A stretch of DNA of 55,949 nt, the filler included, from Dugesia japonica (taxonomy: Eukaryota), in assembly GCA_001938525.1 (NCBI GenBank). It is 4 parts of 4 records of this genome, joined end to end, with 100 filler letters (N's around TTAATTAATTAA, not from the genome) between each part and the next. Parts side by side here need not be neighbours in the genome. Positions count along the whole stretch, not along the records: positions 1 to 11,865 come from MQRL01645240.1; positions 11,966 to 20,812 come from MQRL01640028.1; 2 more parts are not named here. One strand, written 5' to 3'. Positions 1-13,889 of the stretch are shown here, piece by piece (position 1 is the first letter of the stretch; each line of letters opens with the position of its first letter). The translations under genes and the position numbers were made by a program. Under the pieces are notes generated by a model. The model was not told where the DNA came from and made no database searches. It was given only the letters and a program-made list of their open reading frames with translations.

Positions 1-2610
1 AGAAAAATGGTTAAATATACGATATCAAAACAGGTGTGTCCAGACATCATAGGACAAATAGATCTACAACAGCAATTTGCCTTTGAGTTACAAGGATCAT
101 TGGAAGAGAATGAGATAAACATCTATGTTTTAAAAGCCAAAATTGGAAGCGTCATATCGGAGGAAGAACNNNNNNNNNNNNNNNNNNNNNNNNNNNNNNN
201 NNNNNNNNNNNNNNNNNNNNNNNNNNNNNNNNNNNNNNNNNNNNNNNNNNNNTGCTCGTGAAGCATAAAAAACCAAAGGAAAGCCAATTAACATAAGGCC
301 GTTACGTCAACCGATGAACTTAAAAGAAGAAATTGAAAAAACACTACAGAACTTAGAAGAAAGCAGCATGATTATGAAATGTAATTCAAGATGGAATATG
401 ACACTAGTTTGTATATGGAATAAAGATTATTAGTTGAGATTATGTTTAGATTTTAGCATATCCAATGCCAAACACGGAGGAACTGCTAGATAAATTAAAT
501 GGAGTCCGCTTTTTCAGCACAATTGACCTAGGCAATGGGTATTATCAGGTTAAATAGGAGGAATCGTCACAGGAGAAAACAGCGTTCTCAACAAAAAAGT
601 AAATACTGTTTCACGAGGATGCTGTTCAAAATCGCAGCAGAACCAGGTAAATTCCAGAAATTGATGGCACACGTACTGGGAAGCACACCTGGAGCAATGG
701 TATATAAGAATGATATTTTAATTCATTCAGATAATACCGCGGACCATTTCAAGACGCTGGACACTGTGCTGAAAGAAGTAGCAAAAGCTGAATTACGTAA
801 AAGCCCTAAGACATAAAGTCTCCTACAGAAAGAGGTAAAGTTTCTAGGACATATCTTGGACGAAGATGGCATCCGAATAGACCGTAAAAAATAGAAAGTA
901 TACAGAACTTCGGGAGGCCAAAATGTACAAAACAAGTCAAAAGCTTTCTAGGTATGTGTAACTACTATTGGAAATTCATAAATGGCTATTCTGCAAAAGC
1001 CAGCGCATTAGAAGAATTATGTGGCAGAAACAAAGACAAACTAATATGGACACCGATATGCAACGAGACATTTCAGGAATTGCAACAGGCTTTAATAATG
1101 ACACATATAAAGCCTTCATATTAGACACTGATGCAAGTTTTAACAATATCGGGACTGTGTTATCACAACTGAATGAGAACGGTCGAAAATGAGTATTCGT
1201 ATACGGGTTCCACGCAATAAACGCGCACGAAAAAGGATATTGCATAACCAGAAAAGAACTGTTGATAATATAATACTTTTGTAATAGTTTCCAACATAAT
1301 CTATACGGTAGACGATTCATCCTACAAACTAATCATAAGGTGATAGCCTTCAGGATAAATGCAATCATGATAAATACAGCGCAGTTTCAGAACTGGATAA
1401 ACTACTTAAGTAGTTTGGATATGGATATTCAATACAAAAAAGCACATTCCAATGTGACATGCTATTCACAATGGAGTGCAAAACTTGTGTACGGTGTGAA
1501 ATGCAACACGAAGAGCCAATGACAGGTAAGATTAAAACATAAAACCTATGTACGATGACAACAGATACGAAGTTCAAATGGCAGAAGGACAATGTTGAAA
1601 TAAAGGATATAATAAGGAACATCAACGAAGNCAGAAGTTCAGAATACACAATAAAAAATGGATAGTCATAACAAAAAGCGAAAAAATATGGATTCCTAAA
1701 GAGAAATGATCAGAATGGCTGAAGGAAATTCACACCCTACTAATGCACGTGGGTCAAGAAAAGATATTACATTATATTACAAGTGGATATAATATGCTGA
1801 ATATACGCGAAATAGTAACAGAGACAACACGAACATGTTGAGTTTGCAAAATGAATGAAGTGTGCACATCAATAAGAAAAGACGAGAAATTAATAAAGGG
1901 CGCTAACCAAGTATTTCAAAAGATCTATATCGACGTATGTGGACCGTTCCAAGAGACACAACGGAGAAAAAATACATTCTAGCCATAATAGATTACTATA
2001 GTAAATATTTATCATTGTCGGCCATAGGAAGACAGGATGAGGAAACCATATGCAAAATAATCATAAAAAATGGATTCTACGGTTTGGAGCACCAAAAGAG
2101 ACACATACTGATTGCGGGAAGACCTTAGAATCAAAAGCGTTCAATGATATGCAGAATGGACATAGAACTATGTTGCTCAAGCNCATACCACAACGGGACA
2201 AATGGCATGGTTGAGAGACAATTCAGAACCATCAGGGATTGCATAAATGCATATAGAAAAGCAAGTGGGAACGAAAAGATTCCACAATTAGATTTCATGA
2301 TGAACGCAATATATCAAAAGACGAATAAAACTAGCCCAGCAGCCATGGTGTACGAAAAAGAGATTCAAAGAGAACGATGGATCGATCATGAATAGGTAGA
2401 AGAGAAGTTTATCAGTAGGGAACTATACTCAGCCGGTAAAGCCTTCAAAATTGGTCAGAAAGTATTGGTGAAAAACGAAGTATAGTCAAAGGCTAAGGAA
2501 AGATACGATGGTCCATACGAGATAAAGGAAAAGATCCATGAAAGAAGGTAAATGCTAGAAGACAGGCAAGGGAGAGTAATAAACATAAATGTGGAAAAGT
2601 TAAATTTCTA
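1..2610 (+). mobile_element. Ty3/Gypsy LTR retrotransposon pol pseudogene (RT-RNaseH-integrase), frameshifted, 5' part outside window
   Basis: RT-like FSTIDLGNGYYQV and EKTAFST; degenerate YxDD (VYKNDILI); EVKFLGHI; SFLGMCNYY; RNase H FILDTDASFNNIGTVLSQ; integrase YILAIIDYYSK and YHNGTNGMVERQFRTI. Order RT-RH-IN is Ty3/Gypsy. Confidence 0.92.
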
Positions 2611-2849
2611 AAAGAAGGGGAATGTTAGGATGTTTTAATATCCAACATAAAAATTTTATGAAAAGTCTCGTAAAAGTATTATGTATTAATAATGGAAGAA
2701 ATTTCAAACAAAAAAAGAAAATAATTAAAACAATTAATTGTTTTAATACTGCTATTTTGTTTTAGAAAATTTTTTCACTGGATTTAATTATAACTTATTC
2801 ATAAATATTTACAGATGAAAACTGAGAGAAAATATAGTAGCGGCTAACA
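2610..2849 (+). repeat. Polypurine tract (2610-2622) followed by putative 3' LTR (2623-2849)
   Basis: AAAAGAAGGGGAA directly followed by TGTTAG; the segment ends in CTAACA, the inverted complement of TGTTAG (TG...CA termini). Confidence 0.65.
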
Positions 2850-3831
2850 ATCACCAATAACGTAAAAAATACCGGACCCATATAGAACCTATATAAGATT
2901 ATTTAATTAATTTCATTGAAAATTCTTTGGGGAAATGTTAGGTGAATCTAGGTGGCTCACCTTTGAATTTAAAAGAGTTTTTGAATACATGAAATATTTA
3001 TTAAAAATCAAAGAAAGATATAAATTTATTTTTTCAAAAGAATTAAATAAGCTAAACAATTTGAAAATCAATTTTAATCCAAAGAATTTTTCAATAAACA
3101 TTTTTAAAATTAATTAATTTTNNNNNNNNNNNNNNNNNNNNNNNNNNNNNNNNNNNNNNNNNNNNNNNNNNNNNNNNNNNNNNNNNNNNNNNNNNNNNNN
3201 NNNNNNNNNNNNNNNNNNNNNNNNNNNNNNNNNNNNNNNNNNNNNNNNNNNNNNNNNNNNNNNNNNNNNNNNNNNNNNNNNNNNNNNNNNNNNNNNNNNN
3301 NNNNNNNNNNNNNNTTTTAATATTTTGAAATCAAATTATTTTAAATTAATTTAACTCTAAACTCTCGAAAAAATTACATGTGCGATTAATCTTTTTTTAC
3401 AGAAAACATTTAGCTATTTTAAATTTTTACATTCTATGCAATTGCATCAAGTGATGTACTATAAACAGAACAAAAACGAATATTAAAACAGTTATTTGAA
3501 CAAATATCGAAGAATATTTTTCTTTCGATGGCTTTGATGATTGAATCAGTTTATTTTCTAGCAAATATATCTCTTAACTGATTAGAGTNNNNNNNNNNNN
3601 NNNNNNNNNNNNNNNNNNNNNNNNNNNNNNNNNNNNNNNNNNNNNNNNNNNNNNNNNNNNNNNNNNNNNNNNNNNNNNNNNNNNNNNNNNNNNNNNNNNN
3701 NNNNNNNNNNNNNNNNNNNNNNNNNNNNNNNNNNNNNNNNNNNNNNNNNNNNNNNNNNNNNNNNNNNNNNNNNNNNNNNNNNNNNNNNNAAAATAGTCAT
3801 TTTGAATTATGTGTCTAAAATTATTAAAACA

Positions 3832-4320
3832 TTATTAGGTGTACAAATAAGACTCCGGGTTTTTTTCAGTAAAAAACGAAGGCCTTTTGTTAAAAGTTTA
3901 ATTTAAAAGAATTTCAAAATTGGTATCGTTTGAAACGGCAACCTTCGCTTATTTTTCAGGCAATGAATGAATTACACAAAAGAAGAATTCTGACTCTTGA
4001 AGGAATCCCAATTTTGAAGTTCATCACCGGAATTGAANCGCTCTACATTAAGTGCTGATTACATTGGGCGAAACAAATGATAATCCGAAGAAACAATATC
4101 CGGTGATTACGTCGGGTGATGTAAGACTTCTTAGCCTCCTTTTTTAACAACCGAATGAACACGTGGTCTAGCGTTATCATGTTGCAAAACTATCTTTGCA
4201 TGTCTTTTCTCNNNNNNNNNNNNNNNNNNNNNNNNNNNNNNNNNNNNNNNNNNNNNNNNNNNNNNNNNNNNNNNNNNNNNNNNNNNNNNNNATGGTTTTA
4301 GCAGTTCATAATAGATGCTA
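3832..4320 (-). mobile_element. mariner transposon 3' remnant
   Basis: TA+TTAGGTGTACAAATAAG TIR-like end; minus strand gives LQHDNARPRV and DIVSSDYHLFRPM, degenerate mariner D,D34D motifs. Confidence 0.75.
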
Positions 4321-5604
4321 TCTTTCTGATCACATTAGTGATAAAATTCTATATTTTTAAAATTATTTATTAAATTCAGTTGAATAAATCCACTACAATC
4401 ATTACATATGTAATTTATAACAAGATCAATAATTAGATTGATAATATTCACATTAAGAATTATGTATGTTAGAGAAAACGCTCGTTGAATATTTAAATCA
4501 TATTCACTCAGTGTATCTATTAGTTAAATTCAAAATCTCACAACTCTCCATAAATTTTTATTGTTTAGTTTTTTGATTAAAATGAAAAAAGATGAAGAAT
4601 AATTCATAGTATTCAAACAAATAATCTGAGAAATTTTAATAAAATATTTTTTTAAAATATGGGTTTTAATTTTAAAATACTTTTATTTTACATATATCTT
4701 TAATCGTTTTTTTAAAACATAATTTCATAAAATAATTTTAAAAATTTATTGTCATTTTTTTCATTTATATGTGAATGTTTTTAAAAATAAATTTTAAAAT
4801 AGTATATATAAAAATTAAAAAATCTCAGATATTCAAAATCTATGAATCACCCTTACAGTATTCATATTAAAATTTATTACAATCCAAAATAAAAAATAAA
4901 TAAAAACTATTACCGTATTATCCGGGGTATAAGCCGCGACATATATACGTTGAAATTTTGAAAATTAAATTTAACTTTTTATTTTTATCTTTTTANNNNN
5001 NNNNNNATTATAATTTTAAAATTCATTTTTTAAAATTTTAAATATTTTAAACAAAATTTTAAAAATTGATAATTCTGTTTTAAGTGTGAATTATGTTAAC
5101 AAATTTTTTTATTTTCTCCAAAACCAATTCTCAGAATTTTTGTAATTTATAACAGATCAATCGTGAACATTTAAGACAAAAAGATTTCCTTGAACTTACC
5201 CATTTCCGTCAATTTCATGAAAGTATTTCAATAATAGATCATTAATCTTTTTTTATCAATTTCTGATTTTTTACCAAGAAAGTTTCTGTGAAATTTGTAT
5301 ATATATTTTAGTTAACTGGTGAATATGCACAATTAGATCCTCTATAAAATAAGATATGTAAACAAAGCACAGTTTTGCAGAGGTTATTAATCGTATTATA
5401 ACTGCATAACATGTTATGGATATTGACGAAAAGTGAAATATTGTACATATTAATAGAACCGATGTTATCAATTGAAAAATTACTGAGTACCGCTGATTTC
5501 TTAAGGTAAAATGAGGCAAATTTACTTTATATAAAGCTTCTAAAAATGTAACATTGTAACCTATTAATAAATAGAACTATTAATGAACCAATAAAAGAAA
5601 TTAC

Positions 5605-6029
5605 TTTATATATGAATTTATCGAATTATTTTCTAAAGAATTTTTCCTGTTACCATTATTACCAGGAAAGCTTGATCCCGACTGATTTACTGGTGGATGA
5701 GTATTTGGAACTAATTTTCGACGATTCGAATTATTTTGACCAGCAAAATATGATGCCTCAGCATTATTAGTTCCAGAACCACTACCTAAGAAGAGAAATA
5801 TTCCTCATAATGCCCATTCAAAAGCAAATACTGTGATCGAATTTTCTTAATGTGCCTTGATTACATGGACAAAGATAACTTTTAGGGATAAGACTTTGAA
5901 TTACATCAAGCCATGGATTAAAAGATCTCTGACGATCGATATAGGCACGAATTTGCGGATTTAATTTAATAACGTCAGATTTAATCTTTTGTTCCCACAT
6001 GTTAAGGCAAGTGATATGAATCCATCCAC
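5605..6029 (-). CDS. Headcase-domain protein exons (6029-5832 and 5785-~5605); probable upstream exon ending near 7911; possibly a pseudogene
   Basis: GWIHITCLNMWEQKI...RAYIDRQRSFNPW...L...CPCNQGTLRKFD fits the Headcase N-terminal pattern H-x2-C-x3-WE...QR-x2-N-x-W...CxC-x2-G-x-LRK. An in-frame 46-bp GT-AG intron lies at 5831-5786 and an acceptor ttttag precedes 6029. Confidence 0.6.
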
Positions 6030-6357
6030 CTAAAATTAATCATTTAAATCATTTTTGAAATAATTAGCAAAATAATTTATTATATTAAACAAAATCATTT
6101 AAAAAAAAGAAGTATACAAACGAGTGAAACTTTAAAAAAATCATATTCAAACTTTTCCACTTTTCATCAAGATGAGCTTGGATAAAATTGATCTATAATA
6201 TTTATATCATTCTTGTTTTTATTAAAATAGCACTAATTATACAACGTAAAAAGAATTGGAAAATAAAACAGCTTTTAAAGTGTGATGTATTTGTGTACTT
6301 TGAATTTAATAACAAATTTCTCTGATGAATAATTACAACTAAAATTTAATTTGTATA

Positions 6358-7645
6358 TATTAGGTAGTTGCATTACTTCTCGCTGTTTTTTAATAATAAG
6401 AAGAAATGTAAATAAAAACTCCAAATAAATCTATTTTTACATAACATCTCATTCAAAGAAGCGTCCATCATTGCTAATAACATTTTCCCACCTTTCTGGC
6501 AACAAATCAATTCCACGATAAAAAACCTTTTCTTCCTTGGAATTTACCCAATATTCATGCTATATCCGGATATCATAATGATTGTTGAAGTGCTGTTCAC
6601 AAAGGCCATGTTGCATTGAACAAAAAATGTGGTAATCACTTGGTGCGATATTTGGTGAGTATGGCGGGTGAGGTAACCCTTCCCATCTGAATTCTGCTAT
6701 CGTATTCCTCAATAAAATCGAAGTGTGGGGTCGAGCATTACCATGCTGTAACAAATCCGTATCATGTCTATTGGAATAGTCTGGCCGTTTGTCATGCAAA
6801 GCTTGCCTCAATTTTATTAATTGTTGTTGATAACGCCGCTTCACGTTTGTTCAGAAGCTCAAAATAAATAATCCCCNNNNNNNNNNNNNNNNNNNNNNNN
6901 NNNNNNNNNNNNNNNNNNNNNNNNNNNNNNNNNNNNNNNNNNNNNNNNNNNNNNNNNNNNNNNNNNNNNNNNNNNNNNNNNNNNNNNNNNNNNNNNNNNA
7001 TTTTTCATCACAAGTAACAATGCGATGTAAAAGGACTTTCCTTTGCTTGCTGAGCAGCGTCTGACAAATGTCTAATCGTTTTGCGATATCTGCTTCTTTC
7101 AATTGATGAGCCAACCATTTACCGACTTTCTGTTTGTATCCAATGGCTTTTAATTGTCTGCTTATGGTAGATTTATTTGCATTAATTATTTCTGACATTG
7201 TTTTAATTGTTTCGGATCGATCTTTGAGCAACACTTTTTCTAAATCTTCATCTGAAAAACACTTTGGTTGACCTGGACGTTGTTGATCCTGCAAATCAAA
7301 GTCAACCATTTTGAATTGACGAAACCATTCTCGACAGCATGTTTCAGACAGAGCATGGTTGCCATAAGCTTCTGAAAGCATCCTATGACTTTCTGCAGCA
7401 CTTCTTTTGAGATGAAAACAAATAAGCAATCCCTCCCGCAAATGTGCGTTTTTTGGAATAAAACTAGTCATATTAAATGTATCGGTTTTCATTTGCTGTA
7501 CAACTTACCTAAATAATATACCATTATTTTAACATTTAAATATTAATACTTAACAAATCTTACCGATTGATTTAAATTATCGCTGAAATATTTAATAAGT
7601 TAGTTAATTAAAACAAACTTCGAGAATTAATGCGACTACCCAATA
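6358..7645 (-). mobile_element. Full-length mariner element (~1.29 kb) with TIRs and TA ends; transposase ~7492-6449 disrupted
   Basis: Left TATTAGGTAGTTGCATTACTTCTCG matches the reverse complement of right CGAGAATTAATGCGACTACCCAATA. HTH region, WLAHQL (WVPHEL), IVTCDEK, HGNARPH and HPPYSPNIAPSDYHIF are present. Confidence 0.95.
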
Positions 7646-8450
7646 TTATTATAATTGATAAGTATATAAAACATTATACAGTCATCACAAATACTCTATA
7701 AAATTACAATTTGTAAAACAAATTTGAGTTTATTACATTTAACAAACTTGGAAAATAATCAACAAAATTAATTAATTTTTTAAAAAAATCACAACTTAAA
7801 AATTACACACTTAAATTTTATGAATAATACCATGATTACATTTCAACTGGCAGTACAGATTCTAACATTTCAATTATCTGAATGTTTTTAAATTTTATTT
7901 TCATACTTACCACTTATTATTGCAAAACCTGGTAAAAGTCAATATAATAAAATTTGATCTTGGCAACCCATAGTCCTACTTGAAGGTATTCATAAACTTT
8001 CTATTGAATGGCTGACTCGTCAAATTAAAGATTGGGCCGATAGCAACCCACTATTATTTCCTCTGAATCAGTGGTTACATCCAACAATTATTCTCGCAAT
8101 AATTGTAATTGTAAAACACAGAAATCTCTTCATAATGCCTAGTTGGATATCTTTGATACATTTTTGGTAGTTTTTTTTATTATCGTATTTCAAGAGAAAT
8201 TCATGCAAAAATTTTGTTAATGAATTATTTTCTTTAGTAGATTTTTAATAAAAACTTGCTCATTTTAAATAAATATCTTGTCTAAAATATTTTCATTTAT
8301 TAAAAAGAATGATTTACAAATTGTATTTGGAATCATCGCTATGAGAACTTAACATGTTCTCTCATTATGTATTATGAGCTTGTATAGTTATTAACGTTCG
8401 TTACACTCTGTATACTAGATCAAATTATTCCACTTCATGTACGGTAAAAA

Positions 8451-9170
8451 TACAGTGTGTTCACAAAGTCTTAAGACATTTTCAAAATTATATTAAAATT
8501 ACAAATGAAATAGGAAACTGTTGAAACGTTTAAATAATATCAAGTGATTTATAAAGTTTATATTCAATTCAAGAGAAAATTTCTGGGTTCTCCATTAGTT
8601 GCACGGATGATATTCAAACGATACACAATTTCCGTCCATGTTCTTCTTAGCATGACTTTGTCGATGGTGTCTGCAGCGGTAGGTATTCTTTGTTTCAGAT
8701 CATTTATATATTTAGCCCTTGTTAGACAAATAGAATTTTTCACGTAACTCTACAAAAAATCCATTGGTGTTATATTCGGGGAACTATGAGGCTACAAAAT
8801 CGAGCTATCTCTTCCTATCCAGCCATCAGGAACATTTTTATTTAAAAATTCGCGAACAATTTTCCCCAATGAGGTGGTGCACCATTTTGCTGAAAGTTGA
8901 TATTAGGATGAAGCTCTTACAATTTTGATGCAACGAACTCTCTTAGAGTATTAAGATAAATATCTGCTGTTATTGTTTTTTCTTGCGGACTGATCACCTA
9001 AGCGATATTTTAAAAAATTTAGCTATCCGAAAATTAAACTACATTTAAATTTTTCAACAGTTTTAAACAAAACATAAATAATGAATGATTGATATTTTTA
9101 TGACAATAAGGTGCATTCATATTTAATTAATCATTAATAATTTTCAAAATTGCCTAAAGATTTTATAAAG
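8451..9170 (-). mobile_element. Tc1/mariner-superfamily remnant, internally deleted
   Basis: TACAGTGTGTTCACAAAGTC terminus; minus strand gives FQQNGAPPHWG and PHSSPNITPMDF, degenerate QQDGAPPH and WPPRSPDLTPLDF. Confidence 0.7.
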
Positions 9171-9969
9171 ATTATAAAAATACAATAATGAAATGCGAAT
9201 ACTGATCAAAATTAAATTATAATTTATAACTTATAATTTTTTAATATTATTTAATCGCAATAATATTTGGATAATTTGAACAATTACTAGAAAGTCAAAC
9301 TACATTTCATTATTAAATATCCTTATCTTAATTAAATTGAGTTTAAATTAAAGGAACAATGTGATCAAGCCAAATGTGTGATTTTAATATGGTACCCCAA
9401 TGCATAATGATTATATTTGATAAAGGTAATTTTAAACACCTTAATTACTATTAATTAAACTTATTGAAATATGATATTATATTACTTATATTATATTATC
9501 TTTTCTTATTCTAATTTCAGTAGTTATTTATTAGTTAATTTAAATTCAATTTAGACTCATTTTAAATAATGATTCTTTTAAGTTATTCTTATTAAAATTA
9601 ATTCACGGGGAAAACAAACAATTGTAAATCCTAGAAAAAATAGGTATATTAAAGAAGGAACTCTATAAAACACATATTTACATGAAATATAACACTCGTA
9701 TAACCACTTTACAATCACATAGAAAACTTTTATTATTATAATTTATCATTAATTCGATAAAATCAACCAATCATGTGAGCAGTATCATCTTAATTAATAC
9801 TTAATTAACAGGATTATCAAGTGTAGCATTAAAACAAAATAACTAAGTATTTAATTATAACAAAATGTACTAATAAATAACTGTNNNNNNNNNNNNNNNN
9901 NNNNNNNNNNNNNNNNNNNNNNNNNNNNNNNNNNNNNNNNNNNNNNNNNNNNNNNNNNNNNNNNNNNNN

Positions 9970-10028
<59 letters not shown>
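9970..10028. repeat. (TTA)n microsatellite; other (AAT)n tracts at ~20913-20995 and ~34462-34523
   Basis: Seen directly; each lies next to an assembly gap. Confidence 0.95.
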
Positions 10029-10937
10029 GATAAAGATATGATAAAAATTAAATCAAATTTGCAAGATGTACAAATTTCAGTCTGAAAAGTTGAAAACTAA
10101 ATGTCCAAATAATACATACACATGATAATTCCAACACCAATTAGAAATCAGTTAGATACAAATTAAGTGTTTAATTTTACTTGTTAATCATACCTATGAA
10201 AATTGTTTGTGTATAATAAAATTTTAGGTTAATATTCTTTGTGCAATTTTAAATTTAAGTCTTCTAATATTTAGTCTACAAATACAATGAAAACACAATA
10301 TTTAATAATTATTCGATTCTTTTAAAGTAGTGGACTAAAACTATACAGGAAATTATGATTTATATAGATGCATTATAAATTCTTTATGATTTTAAGTTTT
10401 AGTCAAAAGACACATTTATCTGACATGGTGATTAAAGTGTTAAAAAAAACAATTTCAATACAATCAAATTAAACTTTTCAGTAATTTATTTTAATTTTTG
10501 AGGGTCAGATAAATCAATAACATAGATATACATTTCAAAATTAAACCTCTATTTTTATATATTTTTATTTATATATTTAATGTGTAAAGTACAGTATTGA
10601 AGCAATTAATATTTTGCATTGATTTTAGCACATTTAACTTTAAAAAACTTATGTATAAGATGAATTTAAAAATTTTTAAAGAAATATTTAATTTTCTTAT
10701 CACTGGTTAATAATAATTATTGGATTGTTCAACAAGTTTTGGGACAGTTTCAAAAAATCAATTTTTTATTAAGTAAATTCCAATAAAAAAAAGACTTTAT
10801 CTTCAAAAAAAAGACCATGATTTAATATAACTTTCTGCTGTCGATCTGCAAGATTTTGAATCGGTAAGGAAAATTTTACAATTACAAGAATTATTGCGAT
10901 AATAATTGTTAGGCTTAACTATTGATCACATTTGAGA

Positions 10938-11076
10938 TTTCATTAAATTAAAAGCTTCGATCAAAATGCTCCTCAAATTCCTGAAGAAGACAATAGTCGA
11001 GAATTCGGTTAACTACCAAGAAAGAAATAAAAAGAAACAAAACAACATTTTGATCGAAGCTTTTAATTTAATGAAA
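10938..11076 (+). ncRNA. Penelope pLTR fragment with a degenerate minimal hammerhead ribozyme core inside a 31-bp perfect inverted repeat
   Basis: AATTC-CTGAAGA-aGAC-AATA-GTC-GAGA-ATTC at 10976-11006, homologous to 32589-32660 downstream of a GIY-YIG remnant. Inverted repeat arms are 10938-10968 and 11046-11076. Confidence 0.6.
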
Positions 11077-12226
11077 GAAAAATTTGTTAAAATAATTTTA
11101 TAGCAGAAATGATTTTATTGATGTTATTGTATGAACATATATTTGAATTTTGTTAAATAAAATATGTGTGAAATTNNNNNNNNNNNNNNNNNNNNNNNNN
11201 NNNNNNNNNNNNNNNNNNNNNNNNNNNNNNNNNNNNNNNNNNNNNNNNNNNNNNNNNNNNNNNNNNNNNNNNNNNAACACATGGTATTTGTACATCAGAT
11301 TTTCTAAATGAAATTTCCATTCAAGAAATAGTTAAATGTAGTTTTTATATCAGCGATTCTACAATGATGTTACTCAGAACGTCAGTGTTCCGTGGTAAAA
11401 AAACTAAATATCAATTAATAAATATCCCGTATATAAAAAATGTGATCTCCAAAAGTATTATTTTTGCGAAATGTTCCCTGATCTGAAAAGTTTGTGAACC
11501 ACTGCTTTAGCTACTTAATAATGTTAGAATACTAAACATCAGAGTTATCCATTTTCCATATTATAATATACAAATGTCAATCATGCGTAGTTTACAAATA
11601 CAAAGATCATTCATTATATAATTTAAAATATACAAGGTAATAAAATATAACTAATAAAAATGAAGAAGTGATCATAATTCGTTTTGATGCTGTAGTATTA
11701 TATCTCAAAAATAGAAAATACTTATGTATATACCATGTTTTTCATAAAATACAACATCCTCCAAAGAAATCCTATATAGATTTTATAAAATAGAGGTAAA
11801 TTAAATAGACAGGTTGATTCGGGGAATTTTTTTGTGGCAAATCAATAAAAGAATAATAATTTAAANNNNNNNNNNNNNNNNNNNNNNNNNNNNNNNNNNN
11901 NNNNNNNNNTTAATTAATTAANNNNNNNNNNNNNNNNNNNNNNNNNNNNNNNNNNNNNNNNNNNNAATTATAAATAAATAAAATGTATTTTTATTAAAAA
12001 AATTTACAAATACTTTTACAGTAAGATTAATCCACAATTACAACTTATTACAATACAAAATGAATTAATAATATTTAAAATTAAACAATTATAAATAATT
12101 AATGACTATGTAAAATAACTTACAAATTTTATATTCACAGAAAATTTTTATTCTTTAAAACAACTTTGTAAAATCTATTTACATAACAAATATACAACTT
12201 ATATCAAAAAATTTCACATACATTTA

Positions 12227-12896
12227 TTATCTCTGGAGAGCTTCTAAGTTTTTAATGTTATTATTAATTTGTTGACACTTTCTCTTGATTCTCTTGATTT
12301 TTATTCTTCTTAGTTCTGTTTTTCTTCATGCTGTTTCCTTAATATCTTCTAGGGGTAGATACCCCGAATCCAACAGAAATGTGACAATGCCTCATGCATT
12401 GTTTCACCTACTATGCGATATCCCGTCTTTGTATTTCAATTTCTATGGCTACAATTATTCTTCTCCTGAATTTCCCTTCTCCCTTCCCTGTTTCAATTTT
12501 CGTAGAAAATCTTTCTGTTTGTTTCTGGAATCCCATCATTTCTTGCTGAATTGATTTTATGTGACCATTTAGCTGAGTTTGTTGTTGTAAGAGCTCTGTT
12601 TTTCTGATGAGTAGTTTCATGAGTTCTCCTTCTATCTCGCTCCTCAATGTCTAAATTTCCCTGATCTCCTTAGCATGAGCTTTCTTCTCTGTGATGAGCA
12701 ATTCTCTGAGAGACATAATCTGTATATCTTTTTGCTTCATTTGGTCTTGTAAGATCCACCAAGGCTTGGAATCCGTTCTCTTGAGCCTCAATGAATCACA
12801 TAGATTCGGCATTTAATTTGCAGAGTTGGAATTAAATGACCTAACTTCTTCTTCCAAATATTTTGCAATGTTTATATGCATTATTCTCCTTGCCAT
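12227..12896 (-). pseudogene. Unknown coiled-coil 'PWWI' family protein, copy 1 (internal stops)
   Basis: MARRIMH...FNSNSAN*MPNLCDSLRLKRTDSKPWWILQDQMKQKDIQIMSLRE...ELMKLLIRKTELLQQQ; homologous to 39200-39694. Confidence 0.55.
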
Positions 12897-13219
12897 TTTA
12901 ATCCATAGNNNNNNNNNNNNNNNNNNNNNNNNNNNNNNNNNNNNNNNNNNNNNNNNNNAATTATAAATAAATAAAATGTATTTTTATTAAAAAAATTTAC
13001 AAATACTTTTACAGTAAGATTAATCCACAATTACAACTTATTACAATACAAAATGAATTAATAATATTTAAAATTAAACAATTATAAATAATTAATGACT
13101 ATGTAAAATAACTTACAAATTTTATATTCACAGAAAATTTTTATTCTTTAAAACAACTTTGTAAAATCTATTTACATAACAAATATACAACTTATATCAA
13201 AAAATTTCACATACATTTA

Positions 13220-13889
13220 TTATCTCTGGAGAGCTTCTAAGTTTTTAATGTTATTATTAATTTGTTGACACTTTCTCTTGATTCTCTTGATTTTTATTCT
13301 TCTTAGTTCTGTTTTTCTTCATGCTGTTTCCTTAATATCTTCTAGGGGTAGATACCCCGAATCCAACAGAAATGTGACAATGCCTCATGCATTGTTTCAC
13401 CTACTATGCGATATCCCGTCTTTGTATTTCAATTTCTATGGCTACAATTATTCTTCTCCTGAATTTCCCTTCTCCCTTCCCTGTTTCAATTTTCGTAGAA
13501 AATCTTTCTGTTTGTTTCTGGAATCCCATCATTTCTTGCTGAATTGATTTTATGTGACCATTTAGCTGAGTTTGTTGTTGTAAGAGCTCTGTTTTTCTGA
13601 TGAGTAGTTTCACGAGTTCTCCTTCTATCTCGCTCCTCAATGTCTAAATTTCCATGATCTCCTTAGCATGAGCTTTCTTCTGTGTGATGAGCAATTCTCT
13701 AAGAGACATAATCTGTATATCTTTTTGCTTCATTTGATCTTGTGTGATCCACCAAGGCTTGGAATCCGTTCTCTTGAGCCTCAATGAATCATATAGATTC
13801 GGCATTTAATTTGCAGAGCTGGAATTAAATGATCTAACTTCTTCTTCCAAATATTTTGCAACGTTTATATGCATTATTCTCCTTGCCAT
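13220..13889 (-). pseudogene. 'PWWI' family protein, copy 2 (993-bp tandem duplicate across a gap)
   Basis: Near-identical to 12227-12896 with scattered SNPs; the duplicated unit is ~11966-12908 versus 12959-13901. Confidence 0.55.

Noticed and set aside
11910-11922. Palindromic TTAATTAATTAA islands between N runs (also ~20857 and ~34407)
   Set aside because: The same 12-mer recurs between equal-looking gaps; a scaffolding or gap-filling artefact.
12285-12554. Plus-strand 89-aa hydrophobic ORF (and its copy at 13278-13547)
   Set aside because: Antisense shadow of the K/E-rich PWWI gene; starts at TTG.
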